From a candidate division WWE3 bacterium RIFOXYD1_FULL_39_9 (GTDB lineage Bacteria > Patescibacteriota > WWE3 > UBA101185 > UBA10185): a stretch of DNA of 32,212 nt. Below the pieces are notes generated by a model, which ran no database searches, was not told the origin of the DNA, and was given only the letters and a program-made list of their open reading frames with translations. The stretch spans positions 1-32,212 of the forward strand of contig MEWG01000047.1 of assembly GCA_001773295.1 (NCBI GenBank). Reading direction: 5' to 3'. The stretch's first letter is position 1, and each line of letters begins with the position of its first letter. Positions 8,781 through 15,963 of the stretch are shown piece after piece. The position numbers and the translations under genes were made by a program.

Positions 8781-8980
8781 TTTATTAAGTCTTTTAAATC
8801 TAAAATTCCTTTTGGTTTTTCTATAGTTGGATCTCCTGCAACAATCCAATACGCATATGTTACTGCTTGAAAAATATTTGCTGCTTTTAATTCCCCAATA
8901 TCAACAAAGTATTTATAAACAATAGAATCAATTTGCTGTTTTTCTTTTGCTGCTTGTTTTAAAGCATCTTATTGGCTCAT
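8777..8980 (-). pseudogene. 67-codon gene with a nonsense codon at position 4 (MSQ*DALKQAAKEKQQ...LDLKDLIK)
   Basis: Exactly fills the gap, with ATGA overlaps at both ends. The only interruption is TAA at 8969-8971. Confidence 0.6.
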
Positions 8981-9552
8981 TTCTTCATTGCCTCTTTCGC
9001 TTTTTTAATCAGTTCTTTTTCTTCTTTAGAAAACTTATTCCTACAAATAAACGGATATACTTTCTGATAAATCTTTTTCCATGTTTCATTCCAACCAAAT
9101 CTTGGATACTTAGGCAAAGCTTTTCTTTTAGGAAACGCCAAAAAATAATACTTACAAATTCTTTTGTATTCAGGAATTGTTATTCTCTTGCGCTCTATCT
9201 TTCTTTCATTAGGATGGATTATCAACTCCTTAATTGGTGGTTGTTCTATATAATCAGCACATCTTCTTAATAGTTCTGGAAGAGATATTACTTTATGTAA
9301 TCCATATCTGCGCCAACTTCTTTCTAATTTACCTTCAAATGAATTTGCGTTTCTATGAATGACGCCTCTTAAACAACCAAGTCTATCTTTACCGCCACAC
9401 TCTTCTGATTTAAGTTTATGTTTATGATCCAGTACACACTCGGCTTTATCAATACAAACTCCAAGAATAGCACACTTGCCATCTTGCTTTTTAAATTGCT
9501 TCTCTCTTAACTCTGCAAGTTCTTTTGAAGTAATAGATATAAGTTTAGACAT
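8977..9552 (-). CDS. recombination endonuclease VII-like protein (Holliday junction resolvase or His-Me homing nuclease)
   Basis: QDGKCAIL, VLDHKH and LRGVIHRNANSFEGK resemble T4 gp49; basic C-terminal extension. Confidence 0.82.
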   Translation of the reverse strand: MSKLISITSKELAELREKQFKKQDGKCAILGVCIDKAECVLDHKHKLKSEECGGKDRLGCLRGVIHRNANSFEGKLERSWRRYGLHKVISLPELLRRCADYIEQPPIKELIIHPNERKIERKRITIPEYKRICKYYFLAFPKRKALPKYPRFGWNETWKKIYQKVYPFICRNKFSKEEKELIKKAKEAMKK

Positions 9553-9560
9553 TTACTTTT

Positions 9561-10136
9561 TTACTTTCTATTATAATATACATCATAAAGTTTCTCTGCA
9601 TATCCATTCTTTTTATACTCTGGCCCATTATACTTATAAGCAAAGTCATTCCAATTTCTGTCTTGTAGCTCATAGGCAAGACCTACATTCTTAATGTAGT
9701 TACAGAAAGAAATTAGATGTTCTCTTTCAGAATCTTCCATTGCATTTACAAAATCGTAAACATCTGCAAAGCCACAATAAGCATGATTAACTCCGAGAAT
9801 TTGAAACTTGCCCCACGAAGCAGACATATAAGCACAAGCTGGATTGCATAATTTTGCTGCGTTTAATCTCTTCCATTCTTCTTTTTGATTCTTACCATAG
9901 AATTTCTTTGTCCATTTAGGATAAGAAATAGTCGGATACTCTCTATCATATTTATGTTGTGTTAAACGAGAAAACCAATGGCCTTCAAATAGAATAACAG
10001 GAAGGCCATCTTCAGAGAATCCTCCATTCGGCGCTTCTACTTTTGCTACCGCTTGAATAGCGGCAACTTCACACTTCAAAATTTTAGCAGCTTGTTTATA
10101 GTCTGCTAATGTCAGAGTATTATTTTTACTGCTCAT
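9561..10136 (-). CDS. N-acetylmuramidase (DUF3380 family), putative endolysin
   Basis: AIQAVAKVE, ILFEGHWF, SASWGKFQILGVNH and FAYKYNGP..Y..KL motifs. Confidence 0.9.
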   Translation of the reverse strand: MSSKNNTLTLADYKQAAKILKCEVAAIQAVAKVEAPNGGFSEDGLPVILFEGHWFSRLTQHKYDREYPTISYPKWTKKFYGKNQKEEWKRLNAAKLCNPACAYMSASWGKFQILGVNHAYCGFADVYDFVNAMEDSEREHLISFCNYIKNVGLAYELQDRNWNDFAYKYNGPEYKKNGYAEKLYDVYYNRK

Positions 10137-11321
10137 TTAAAATCTCCTTGGAGTTTTAAACATAAGCATTTTTTCTACTTCTTTCCAAACAGAGCCAACA
10201 ATATCTTGCAACTTATCTTGTAGATTATTATCTTCGATATACTCTATCAAATTATCTTTACTCTTTTTTATATCAAATTCTTTTGCTACAATTCCTTTTG
10301 TATCGCTTGCCCAATGCTCTGTTAATTTTAAGAAGTCAATGCAAGATTCAACATCATGCAGACCATAAGATTCATAGATAGGAATTACAACTCCGCTCTT
10401 TCTTTTCTTTCCTGTAAGCTTATTTTTAATAACTTCAATTTGCGCCATACTCCCTATCTTATGTTTTAAATTCATTGCTTCTTCTGTAATACTTTTAATT
10501 GAATTAAGATACAGTTGATGAAATGAATAGAAGAACGGAGCATCCCCGCCAGAAGTTACCCAATCAGTCTGGCCAAAACCACTTTTAAATCTTTGTCTTG
10601 TTTGCTGAATAATAAATAGAGCACTATCTGTGCGCTTTATATTGCCATTAATCATTCGCAAAGCTTCTCCTATATGCTTTGCTTTCTCTGCTTTATATGA
10701 TCCTTTAAGTTCTGTTACCGCTTCTGCACTCTTAGCGTTTTTGATAGCGTTCTTATATTCTCTTTCCATTTCTTCATCGGAAGTTAGAGAATCAAGACTA
10801 TCCAAAACCCAAATAAAAGGTCTTCTCTGTTTACATTTAATTAAGATATTGCCTTTAAAATCTTGGATAGTCTCAGAAGGAACTGGTTCTCCATCGTCAT
10901 AGTTCGGTGCTTTCAATCTACCTGAAGTAAGGTCTTCTGGGTCTTTTGGTGCTAACGGAGGGAATAAATAATCAAGATCAAAAGAAAGAGATTGCTCCCC
11001 ATCATCATAAATAAATTCATATTCTTTAAACTTAGGATCGACAGCGCAACACGCAAGCATAGTTAGCATCAATACAGTTTTTCCAGAAGCAGATTTGCCT
11101 GGAATAGTATTGATAGAGCCTAAAGCAAAGGCTCCCTTTGGGTTGTCGCTACAAGCACAGTTGACCAAAGTAGAGCCAGAAGGAATCAATCTATCTTCTG
11201 TTATCTTTTTAGGGTCTGGACCTACATACTCTTCTGGCTCATTCTCTTTTGTTCTGTCTCTATTCTCTATCTGCTCTGCCGCCGCACTTCGTCTTCGTCT
11301 TTTTTGAATAAGTTCTGCCAT
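10137..11321 (-). CDS. recA: RecA/UvsX-like recombinase
   Basis: IPSGS, Walker A GKSASGKT, Walker B WVLDSLDSL, IQQTR, TSGGDAPFFY and IKNK. Confidence 0.9.
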   Translation of the reverse strand: MAELIQKRRRRSAAAEQIENRDRTKENEPEEYVGPDPKKITEDRLIPSGSTLVNCACSDNPKGAFALGSINTIPGKSASGKTVLMLTMLACCAVDPKFKEYEFIYDDGEQSLSFDLDYLFPPLAPKDPEDLTSGRLKAPNYDDGEPVPSETIQDFKGNILIKCKQRRPFIWVLDSLDSLTSDEEMEREYKNAIKNAKSAEAVTELKGSYKAEKAKHIGEALRMINGNIKRTDSALFIIQQTRQRFKSGFGQTDWVTSGGDAPFFYSFHQLYLNSIKSITEEAMNLKHKIGSMAQIEVIKNKLTGKKRKSGVVIPIYESYGLHDVESCIDFLKLTEHWASDTKGIVAKEFDIKKSKDNLIEYIEDNNLQDKLQDIVGSVWKEVEKMLMFKTPRRF

Positions 11322-11327
11322 CTAATT

Positions 11328-11549
11328 TTATTCTCCATGATTGCCATATCTCAAAAAATATAAAAACTTATCCTTGTCCACATACCATCGGCCAAATACT
11401 TTCTTGCCGATGCCATATTTGGCAAGCCATTTTATTAGTGTTGGTAGGGTAATTTTATAGCCTCTGGCCCTGGCAATTTCTAATGCTTCTGTAGTAGAAA
11501 TTCCAGGGCCTTTAACTATTACCCCTATTTTATTTGGGGGGTCTGTCAT
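11328..11549 (-). CDS. small winged-HTH (excisionase/MerR-like) DNA-binding protein
   Basis: ISTTEALE...TLPTLIKW...GKKVFGRWYVDK pattern. Confidence 0.7.
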   Translation of the reverse strand: MTDPPNKIGVIVKGPGISTTEALEIARARGYKITLPTLIKWLAKYGIGKKVFGRWYVDKDKFLYFLRYGNHGE

Positions 11550-11552
11550 AAG

Positions 11553-12734
11553 TTATCGCCGTCGTCTACGAGTTGTAGTTTCTGGTTCTGGTTTACTTTC
11601 TTCTTTTGTGACAGGCTTTCTCTGTCTGCGCTGTACTTGCGGTTCTGGTTCTGGCTCCGGTTCTGGCTCCGGCTCATCTTGCGGATTATTAAATGCTTCT
11701 TCGCAAGCATTGTAATCTTCATCCGCACACTCATTACATTCAGGATGCTGATTGAAGTCTACGCCAAATTCTCTTTTCTTAGGGCATTTGCATTCATTAT
11801 CATCAGGCGGGAAAGAGCCTTCATCTTCTGTCTCTTGCTTCTCTTCTTTCTTGAATCGACTGCTCCGATTAGGCTTTTTCTCTTCCTTGCTTTCTTTGCT
11901 TTCCTTATCGTCTTTCTTTTGGTTCTTCTCTTTGTTCTTTGTATGGGCTTTGGTTATATCTCCAGTGCCACCAGTAAGAACAGAAGTCAATTGATCGTAA
12001 GTAGGAATTACAAGTAATTGATCCAATGGATAGACTTCATCAAGAATAGAGTCCTCATAAGAACTTCGCTTTGCAAAATCAACACGATCCGCTTTAACAA
12101 AAGGAAATTTACCGAGCTTCTCTTCTTTGCCGCGCCACTCTACTGTTTTACCATCTTCCAAATCCCAAAATAACTCCAATCCTTTTTCACCCATGTAGAC
12201 TTCACCCATGAGGATTTTTTCAAATAGATGATAGGAGTGCTCCCACAATCTAATTTCATCATCAGCATTAAGATCAATGATGTTATACAAGCAACGCCAT
12301 TTTGGCTTCAAGCCTTCAGCAAGTTTTCCATCCGGGTCTTCTTCTGGGTTGTCAAGCAGTCTTGCTCTCTCTTCACATACAGGGCAAGGCAAGCCAAATG
12401 TCTCAAGAAGACAAAGTGTCTTCTGTTGCTCTGGTCCTACTCCGTTGTGAATAGCAAATTCAAGTTTATAATCTACATCACCAGGAACAAGACCGGTCGG
12501 CTTGCCTGAGAACTTCCGCATTGTTTCATACCAATCCATCGAAACTTCAAACGGTAGAATATCAAACTTATTTGGTTCCCTGCCATGCTTTACTTTATCT
12601 ACCCACTTAACTTCACGATCTCCTAATGCTTTGAAGGAAAGAATAGTGGATGCTTTTCCTTCTCTGTTCTCAGCGCTGTCTTTGGTTTTGTTTTTTAGCT
12701 TCTCTCTTCGCTCTTTCCAACTTGGCTTTGCCAT
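11553..12734 (-). CDS. single-stranded DNA-binding protein (gp32-like) with long charged C-terminal region
   Basis: H...CL..FG.PCPVCE Zn site, WRCLYNIID, FWDLEDGK; located between RecA and the UvsY-like gene; AAGGAG RBS. Confidence 0.75.
   Translation of the reverse strand: MAKPSWKERREKLKNKTKDSAENREGKASTILSFKALGDREVKWVDKVKHGREPNKFDILPFEVSMDWYETMRKFSGKPTGLVPGDVDYKLEFAIHNGVGPEQQKTLCLLETFGLPCPVCEERARLLDNPEEDPDGKLAEGLKPKWRCLYNIIDLNADDEIRLWEHSYHLFEKILMGEVYMGEKGLELFWDLEDGKTVEWRGKEEKLGKFPFVKADRVDFAKRSSYEDSILDEVYPLDQLLVIPTYDQLTSVLTGGTGDITKAHTKNKEKNQKKDDKESKESKEEKKPNRSSRFKKEEKQETEDEGSFPPDDNECKCPKKREFGVDFNQHPECNECADEDYNACEEAFNNPQDEPEPEPEPEPEPQVQRRQRKPVTKEESKPEPETTTRRRRR
11641..11675 (-). repeat. 6-nt tandem repeat encoding (EP)6 in the SSB tail
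   Basis: GGTTCT/GGCTCC units on the plus strand. Confidence 0.8.
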
Positions 12735-12759
12735 AATAATTCTTGCTCCTTTTATTTAA

Positions 12760-12963
12760 TCATTTACATGCATGTTTGTGTGGCCGATGTCCTATGTGTA
12801 TTCCTTTGCAATACTCACAATAATAAGGGCTTAACTTCCACACTAAAACAGATTCTTTCTTTTTATAAATCTCTTTGATTGCTACTTTTGCTTCTTCTAT
12901 TGAAGCATATTTTTTCTTTCCCTTGCAAGCATTTCTTTTCTTTCTGGCATTTTTAGAGGCCAT
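12760..12963 (-). CDS. small basic Zn-binding phage protein
   Basis: C..K.KY.S..EA and Y.CEYCKGIHIGH; GAGG RBS. Confidence 0.75.
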   Translation of the reverse strand: MASKNARKKRNACKGKKKYASIEEAKVAIKEIYKKKESVLVWKLSPYYCEYCKGIHIGHRPHKHACK

Positions 12964-12978
12964 TAAATTACCTCATAG

Positions 12979-13464
12979 TTATTTTCTCCTTCTTTGATTA
13001 ACTGCATTCCTCGTTTCTTCATCTGCTTTTTCAAGCTGAACTTTCCTTACGCCTTGTGTTTTAGAAGTAGTTGCCCAATAGCCAAGAGCAAGAAGTTCTC
13101 TCTCTTCCCGAAGAGAATCGCTTCTTGCTCTGAAAACATTTATGCATTCTTTCAACAATTCCAAATCGTATTCAAGAACATTGATTTCAGCTACCAGCTT
13201 TTGATACTTATCATCAATTTTAATTTCTGCATCTACTTCCGATACTGTCATTTTTTTATTAGCCAAATTAATAGTAGTTATCCTTAGTTTGGCTTCATAT
13301 ACTGCCATCTCCTCTTTCTTGTCTCTTAAATCTTTAGAGACTTTTGTTTTCTCTTTTGCATACTTCATAATCAATTCTGGATTATCTTGATTGTTTAGTT
13401 CAAGACTATCTAAATTGATTTTAATTTCGTTTTCATAATCAAAATTAGTCCAGTCAACAGACAT
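12979..13464 (-). CDS. UvsY-like recombination mediator (helical)
   Basis: Start at MSVDW after AAGGAG, because the longer ORF runs into the tRNA. TVSEVDAEIKIDDKYQ and coiled-coil pattern; sits beside SSB and RecA. Confidence 0.6.
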   Translation of the reverse strand: MSVDWTNFDYENEIKINLDSLELNNQDNPELIMKYAKEKTKVSKDLRDKKEEMAVYEAKLRITTINLANKKMTVSEVDAEIKIDDKYQKLVAEINVLEYDLELLKECINVFRARSDSLREERELLALGYWATTSKTQGVRKVQLEKADEETRNAVNQRRRK

Positions 13465-13481
13465 TACTTCTCCTTTTCTTT

Positions 13482-13558
13482 TGGTGCCGCTGCCTGGACT
13501 CGAACCAGGAACCAAAGCCTTATAAAGACTACGCTCTAACCTATTGAGCTACAGCGGC
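13482..13558 (-). tRNA. tRNA-Ile, anticodon UAU
   Basis: Acceptor GCCGCTG/CAGCGGC, D stem GCTC/GAGC, anticodon loop TTTATAA (TAT at 13522-13524), T arm CCTGG-TTCGAGT-CCAGG, discriminator A and encoded CCA. Confidence 0.93.
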
Positions 13559-13562
13559 ATAG

Positions 13563-13599
13563 TTTGCTTATGCCAAGAATTAGACTTGGCATAAGCAAA
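13563..13599. repeat. perfect 15-bp inverted repeat with 7-nt loop immediately 5' of the tRNA
   Basis: TTTGCTTATGCCAAG-AATTAGA-CTTGGCATAAGCAAA. Confidence 0.85.
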
Positions 13600-13619
13600 T
13601 AGTTGAACTTAATTACTCC

Positions 13620-13775
13620 TTACTTTACAGGATCAAGTTCTTTGGTGCGCTTAACAACTACCTTGACGTCCCCGCCAACAGCTTTAGTAACAGCATCCTT
13701 GATAGACGCCACCAACTTGCCATCAGCCATTTCAGTCTCTTTACTTCTAATAACGATAGAAAAAGCTTTCTTCAT
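13620..13775 (-). CDS. 51-aa protein (MKKAFSIVIRSKETEMADGKLVASIKDAVTKAVGGDVKVVVKRTKELDPVK)
   Basis: Not in the ORF track. Near-perfect RBS GGGAGGTGA; fills the dnaX-tRNA gap. Confidence 0.8.
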   Translation of the reverse strand: MKKAFSIVIRSKETEMADGKLVASIKDAVTKAVGGDVKVVVKRTKELDPVK

Positions 13776-13799
13776 TTAATCACCTCCCTTCTATATTAA

Positions 13800-15878
13800 T
13801 TATCCTGCACTCAATTGATACAATGGAAACACAATATCTCCCCATCCGTTAGCATAAGTAACAGTTTTCAAGGCTTCATAAACATCTGTCAATCTTATCA
13901 TCGGGTCTTCATCCCCTCTTTTCTTTTTCTTTTGATCCGATGAAAGAGCTATCTTTGTAATGTATCCTATGACTGCTCGGCGAACGTTCTCTGCATCTTC
14001 TCCCTTTTGTTTTATCTTGTATATAATATCTTTGATTCGCGCCCAGGATTCGCCGTTCGCTAATGACTGGCATAAATCCTTTATCTCTGCTTCAAGCGGC
14101 GTAAAACTGTTAATAGCTGTTATGATCGCTTCATCTTCAAGATCGATTACTTGGTCCAGTATTTTCAAAGCATCTCTCGGACAGCCATCGGCAGTATCTA
14201 TAATTGCTTGAATAGCTTTATCTGGAAATGAGCCAACATCTTCTTTCTTTAGAGTTCTGAGAAGAAGGGTTTTCATTTCTGTATCATTCAAAGGGTTGAC
14301 TTTAAATGTATGGCATCGGCTATGAATGGTTCCGATAAGTCTTTGCGGGTCTGTAGTACAAAGAATAAAATAAACCCAAGGCGGTGGCTCTTCCAAAGTT
14401 GTCAAGAAATTATTCTGTGGAATGTTCTTCTCGGACGCACCGCCAGAGCCTATCATATGGCAATTATGAACAGGTAAACCGTTAGCGAAATAAGACGGAT
14501 GATTTTTAACTTGCAAATCATAACAAATTACATATCCTTGATCTTTTTCTTTATCTCCGATAATACTTTGGAAACATTCGTCATTATTTCCTCGTTTGTA
14601 AATCTCAGAATTTGCCAGCCTAATTCCTTTAGTTTTGCTGTTTTCTTTATATCTCTCAATATAATTTTTTTCGCACCGTGACTCTTTCCATCTACTTCTA
14701 TTGCAAGCTTCAGTTTCTTGTTGCCAATATCTACTTTGTAGCAAGTTGGATAGCCAGGAAATCTTCCACCAAGCGGAATAGCAACTTCCATAGGCCAATT
14801 CAATGCTTTTGACAATAAGACTTGTGGCTTTGTGAACTCCCCATTCCCTCCACGAGGAACAGGGCACAGGTGCAATGTTCCATTTGTCTCTTTTGTAGAT
14901 TTCATTTTTTCTACATACTCTAAATTGAACATGGGATTTTTCTTTTTCATTCGCTTGGAATGTTTCTCTCCTATATAATCTCTCATTTCTTGAGACATAT
15001 TTTTCCAAGCTTTTGCTACGCTCTTGCTGCGTTTTTTTCTGGCTTGTTCTGTATTGCATGTCGCTCTGTATTCTGGATGCTGCCGCAAATTCTCGTTGGC
15101 ACATTTCCTCCCACAAAATCGATTCCCCAATTTTTTGACAGGCTTGCCGCATATCAAACATAAAGACCGAGATTTTGTCATTGATAAATTGTGACATTCT
15201 TTGGAGCAATATTTCTGCCATTTCCGAATTACTTTGTTGCACGTCGCGCAATATTTGATTTCTCTCATTTGTTATTCCTATAAATTCAGAATCAAGCGGA
15301 TAAATTATATCATCAGAAGTAAGGTTTTGCGCTTCTACCCATCCCTTTGAAGTAAAAAATAAATGATCTTTAGTTGTATAAATATTTCTATCTTCTGAAA
15401 AAGTTAATTTAATAAGTCTATCAAAAGATATTTTATTTTGCGATACAGCGACAACTTTATCTTTGCCATATAAAGAAACAATATCTTGATCAACTTTAAT
15501 TTGTTCAATTGGGATATTGCCGCTTGGCGTTTCGATCATAGTTCCAGCAGGAAAACATTCTTCGATAAGCCAAACCCTACACTTTGCAACAGATGGTTTA
15601 TAAGAGATACTTCTTTTCAATTCCTTAATGGTATCTGCTTTAACATCTCCACCATCAATCTGATAGAAGTCTGGACATTCATCGATAGGCATACCAAGAA
15701 GCTTCTCTGCAACGATTCTTCCTGTTGTGCTCTTGCCGCTTCCTTTTGGACCCATAAACAACCAAGCGTGTGGCAAGTCTTTTTCTCTGGAAAAGATTGT
15801 CTTAATACTATTGACCATATCTACATTACCAACAATTTCATCTAATGTCTTTGGTCTGTATGTAGTTTGAAGCGGCAT
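13800..15878 (-). CDS. dnaX: clamp-loader AAA+ ATPase (DnaX gamma/tau-like) containing an intein
   Basis: YRPKTLDEIVG, Walker A GPKGSGKST, Walker B LIEE|CH, TLEEPP, SRC motif and GCPRDALKILDQ. Extein is 327 aa. Confidence 0.93.
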   Translation of the reverse strand: MPLQTTYRPKTLDEIVGNVDMVNSIKTIFSREKDLPHAWLFMGPKGSGKSTTGRIVAEKLLGMPIDECPDFYQIDGGDVKADTIKELKRSISYKPSVAKCRVWLIEECFPAGTMIETPSGNIPIEQIKVDQDIVSLYGKDKVVAVSQNKISFDRLIKLTFSEDRNIYTTKDHLFFTSKGWVEAQNLTSDDIIYPLDSEFIGITNERNQILRDVQQSNSEMAEILLQRMSQFINDKISVFMFDMRQACQKIGESILWEEMCQREFAAASRIQSDMQYRTSQKKTQQERSKSLEKYVSRNERLYRRETFQANEKEKSHVQFRVCRKNEIYKRDKWNIAPVPCSSWREWGVHKATSLIVKSIELAYGSCYSAWWKISWLSNLLQSRYWQQETEACNRSRWKESRCEKNYIERYKENSKTKGIRLANSEIYKRGNNDECFQSIIGDKEKDQGYVICYDLQVKNHPSYFANGLPVHNCHMIGSGGASEKNIPQNNFLTTLEEPPPWVYFILCTTDPQRLIGTIHSRCHTFKVNPLNDTEMKTLLLRTLKKEDVGSFPDKAIQAIIDTADGCPRDALKILDQVIDLEDEAIITAINSFTPLEAEIKDLCQSLANGESWARIKDIIYKIKQKGEDAENVRRAVIGYITKIALSSDQKKKKRGDEDPMIRLTDVYEALKTVTYANGWGDIVFPLYQLSAG
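14463..15557 (-). mobile_element. 365-aa intein in the dnaX Walker B motif, with no in-frame nuclease domain
   Basis: Starts CFPAGTMIETPSGNIPIEQI; block B TTKDHLF; GWVEAQNL; blocks F/G CYDLQVKNHPSYFANGLPVHN followed by +1 Cys. Confidence 0.93.
14528..15268 (-). CDS. Zn-finger plus DUF559/Vsr-like (EDxHD-type) putative homing endonuclease, nested in the +1 frame inside the dnaX intein
   Basis: AGGA 7 nt before the ATG; two CxxC...CxxxC repeats; NUMOD3-like basic helices; YKVDIG..LAIEVDGKSH..RD..LKELGWQILRFTNEEI. Confidence 0.88.
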   Translation of the reverse strand: MREIKYCATCNKVIRKWQKYCSKECHNLSMTKSRSLCLICGKPVKKLGNRFCGRKCANENLRQHPEYRATCNTEQARKKRSKSVAKAWKNMSQEMRDYIGEKHSKRMKKKNPMFNLEYVEKMKSTKETNGTLHLCPVPRGGNGEFTKPQVLLSKALNWPMEVAIPLGGRFPGYPTCYKVDIGNKKLKLAIEVDGKSHGAKKIILRDIKKTAKLKELGWQILRFTNEEIMTNVSKVLSEIKKKIKDM

Positions 15879-15903
15879 AATTTAAACTTTCCTCTTATTA
15901 CTT

Positions 15904-15932
15904 ATTATAATAAAGAAATTTAGAAAAATAAA
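15904..15932 (-). promoter_or_regulatory. phage promoter TTTATT-N17-TATAAT upstream of dnaX
   Basis: Same hexamers and spacing as the four other intergenic copies. Confidence 0.8.
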
Positions 15933-15963
15933 GATTGCTTATATTCACGTAACAGTTTGGAGT

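Noticed and set aside
5616..8971. TAA reassignment suggested by two early in-frame TAA codons
   Set aside because: TAA, TAG and TGA all end well-supported genes here, and the tRNA is not a suppressor.
9570..9598. Possible sixth promoter (TATTATAAT)
   Set aside because: No TTTATT at 17 nt, and it lies inside the muramidase coding sequence.
13465..13515. N-terminal extension of the 12979-13515 ORF
   Set aside because: It overlaps the tRNA; the RBS supports a start at 13464.
14528..15268. Group I intron or assembly frameshift as the explanation for the nested nuclease
   Set aside because: Protein-splicing motifs flank it directly, leaving no room for an intron core. The dnaX frame is uninterrupted and the nested ORF has its own start and stop.
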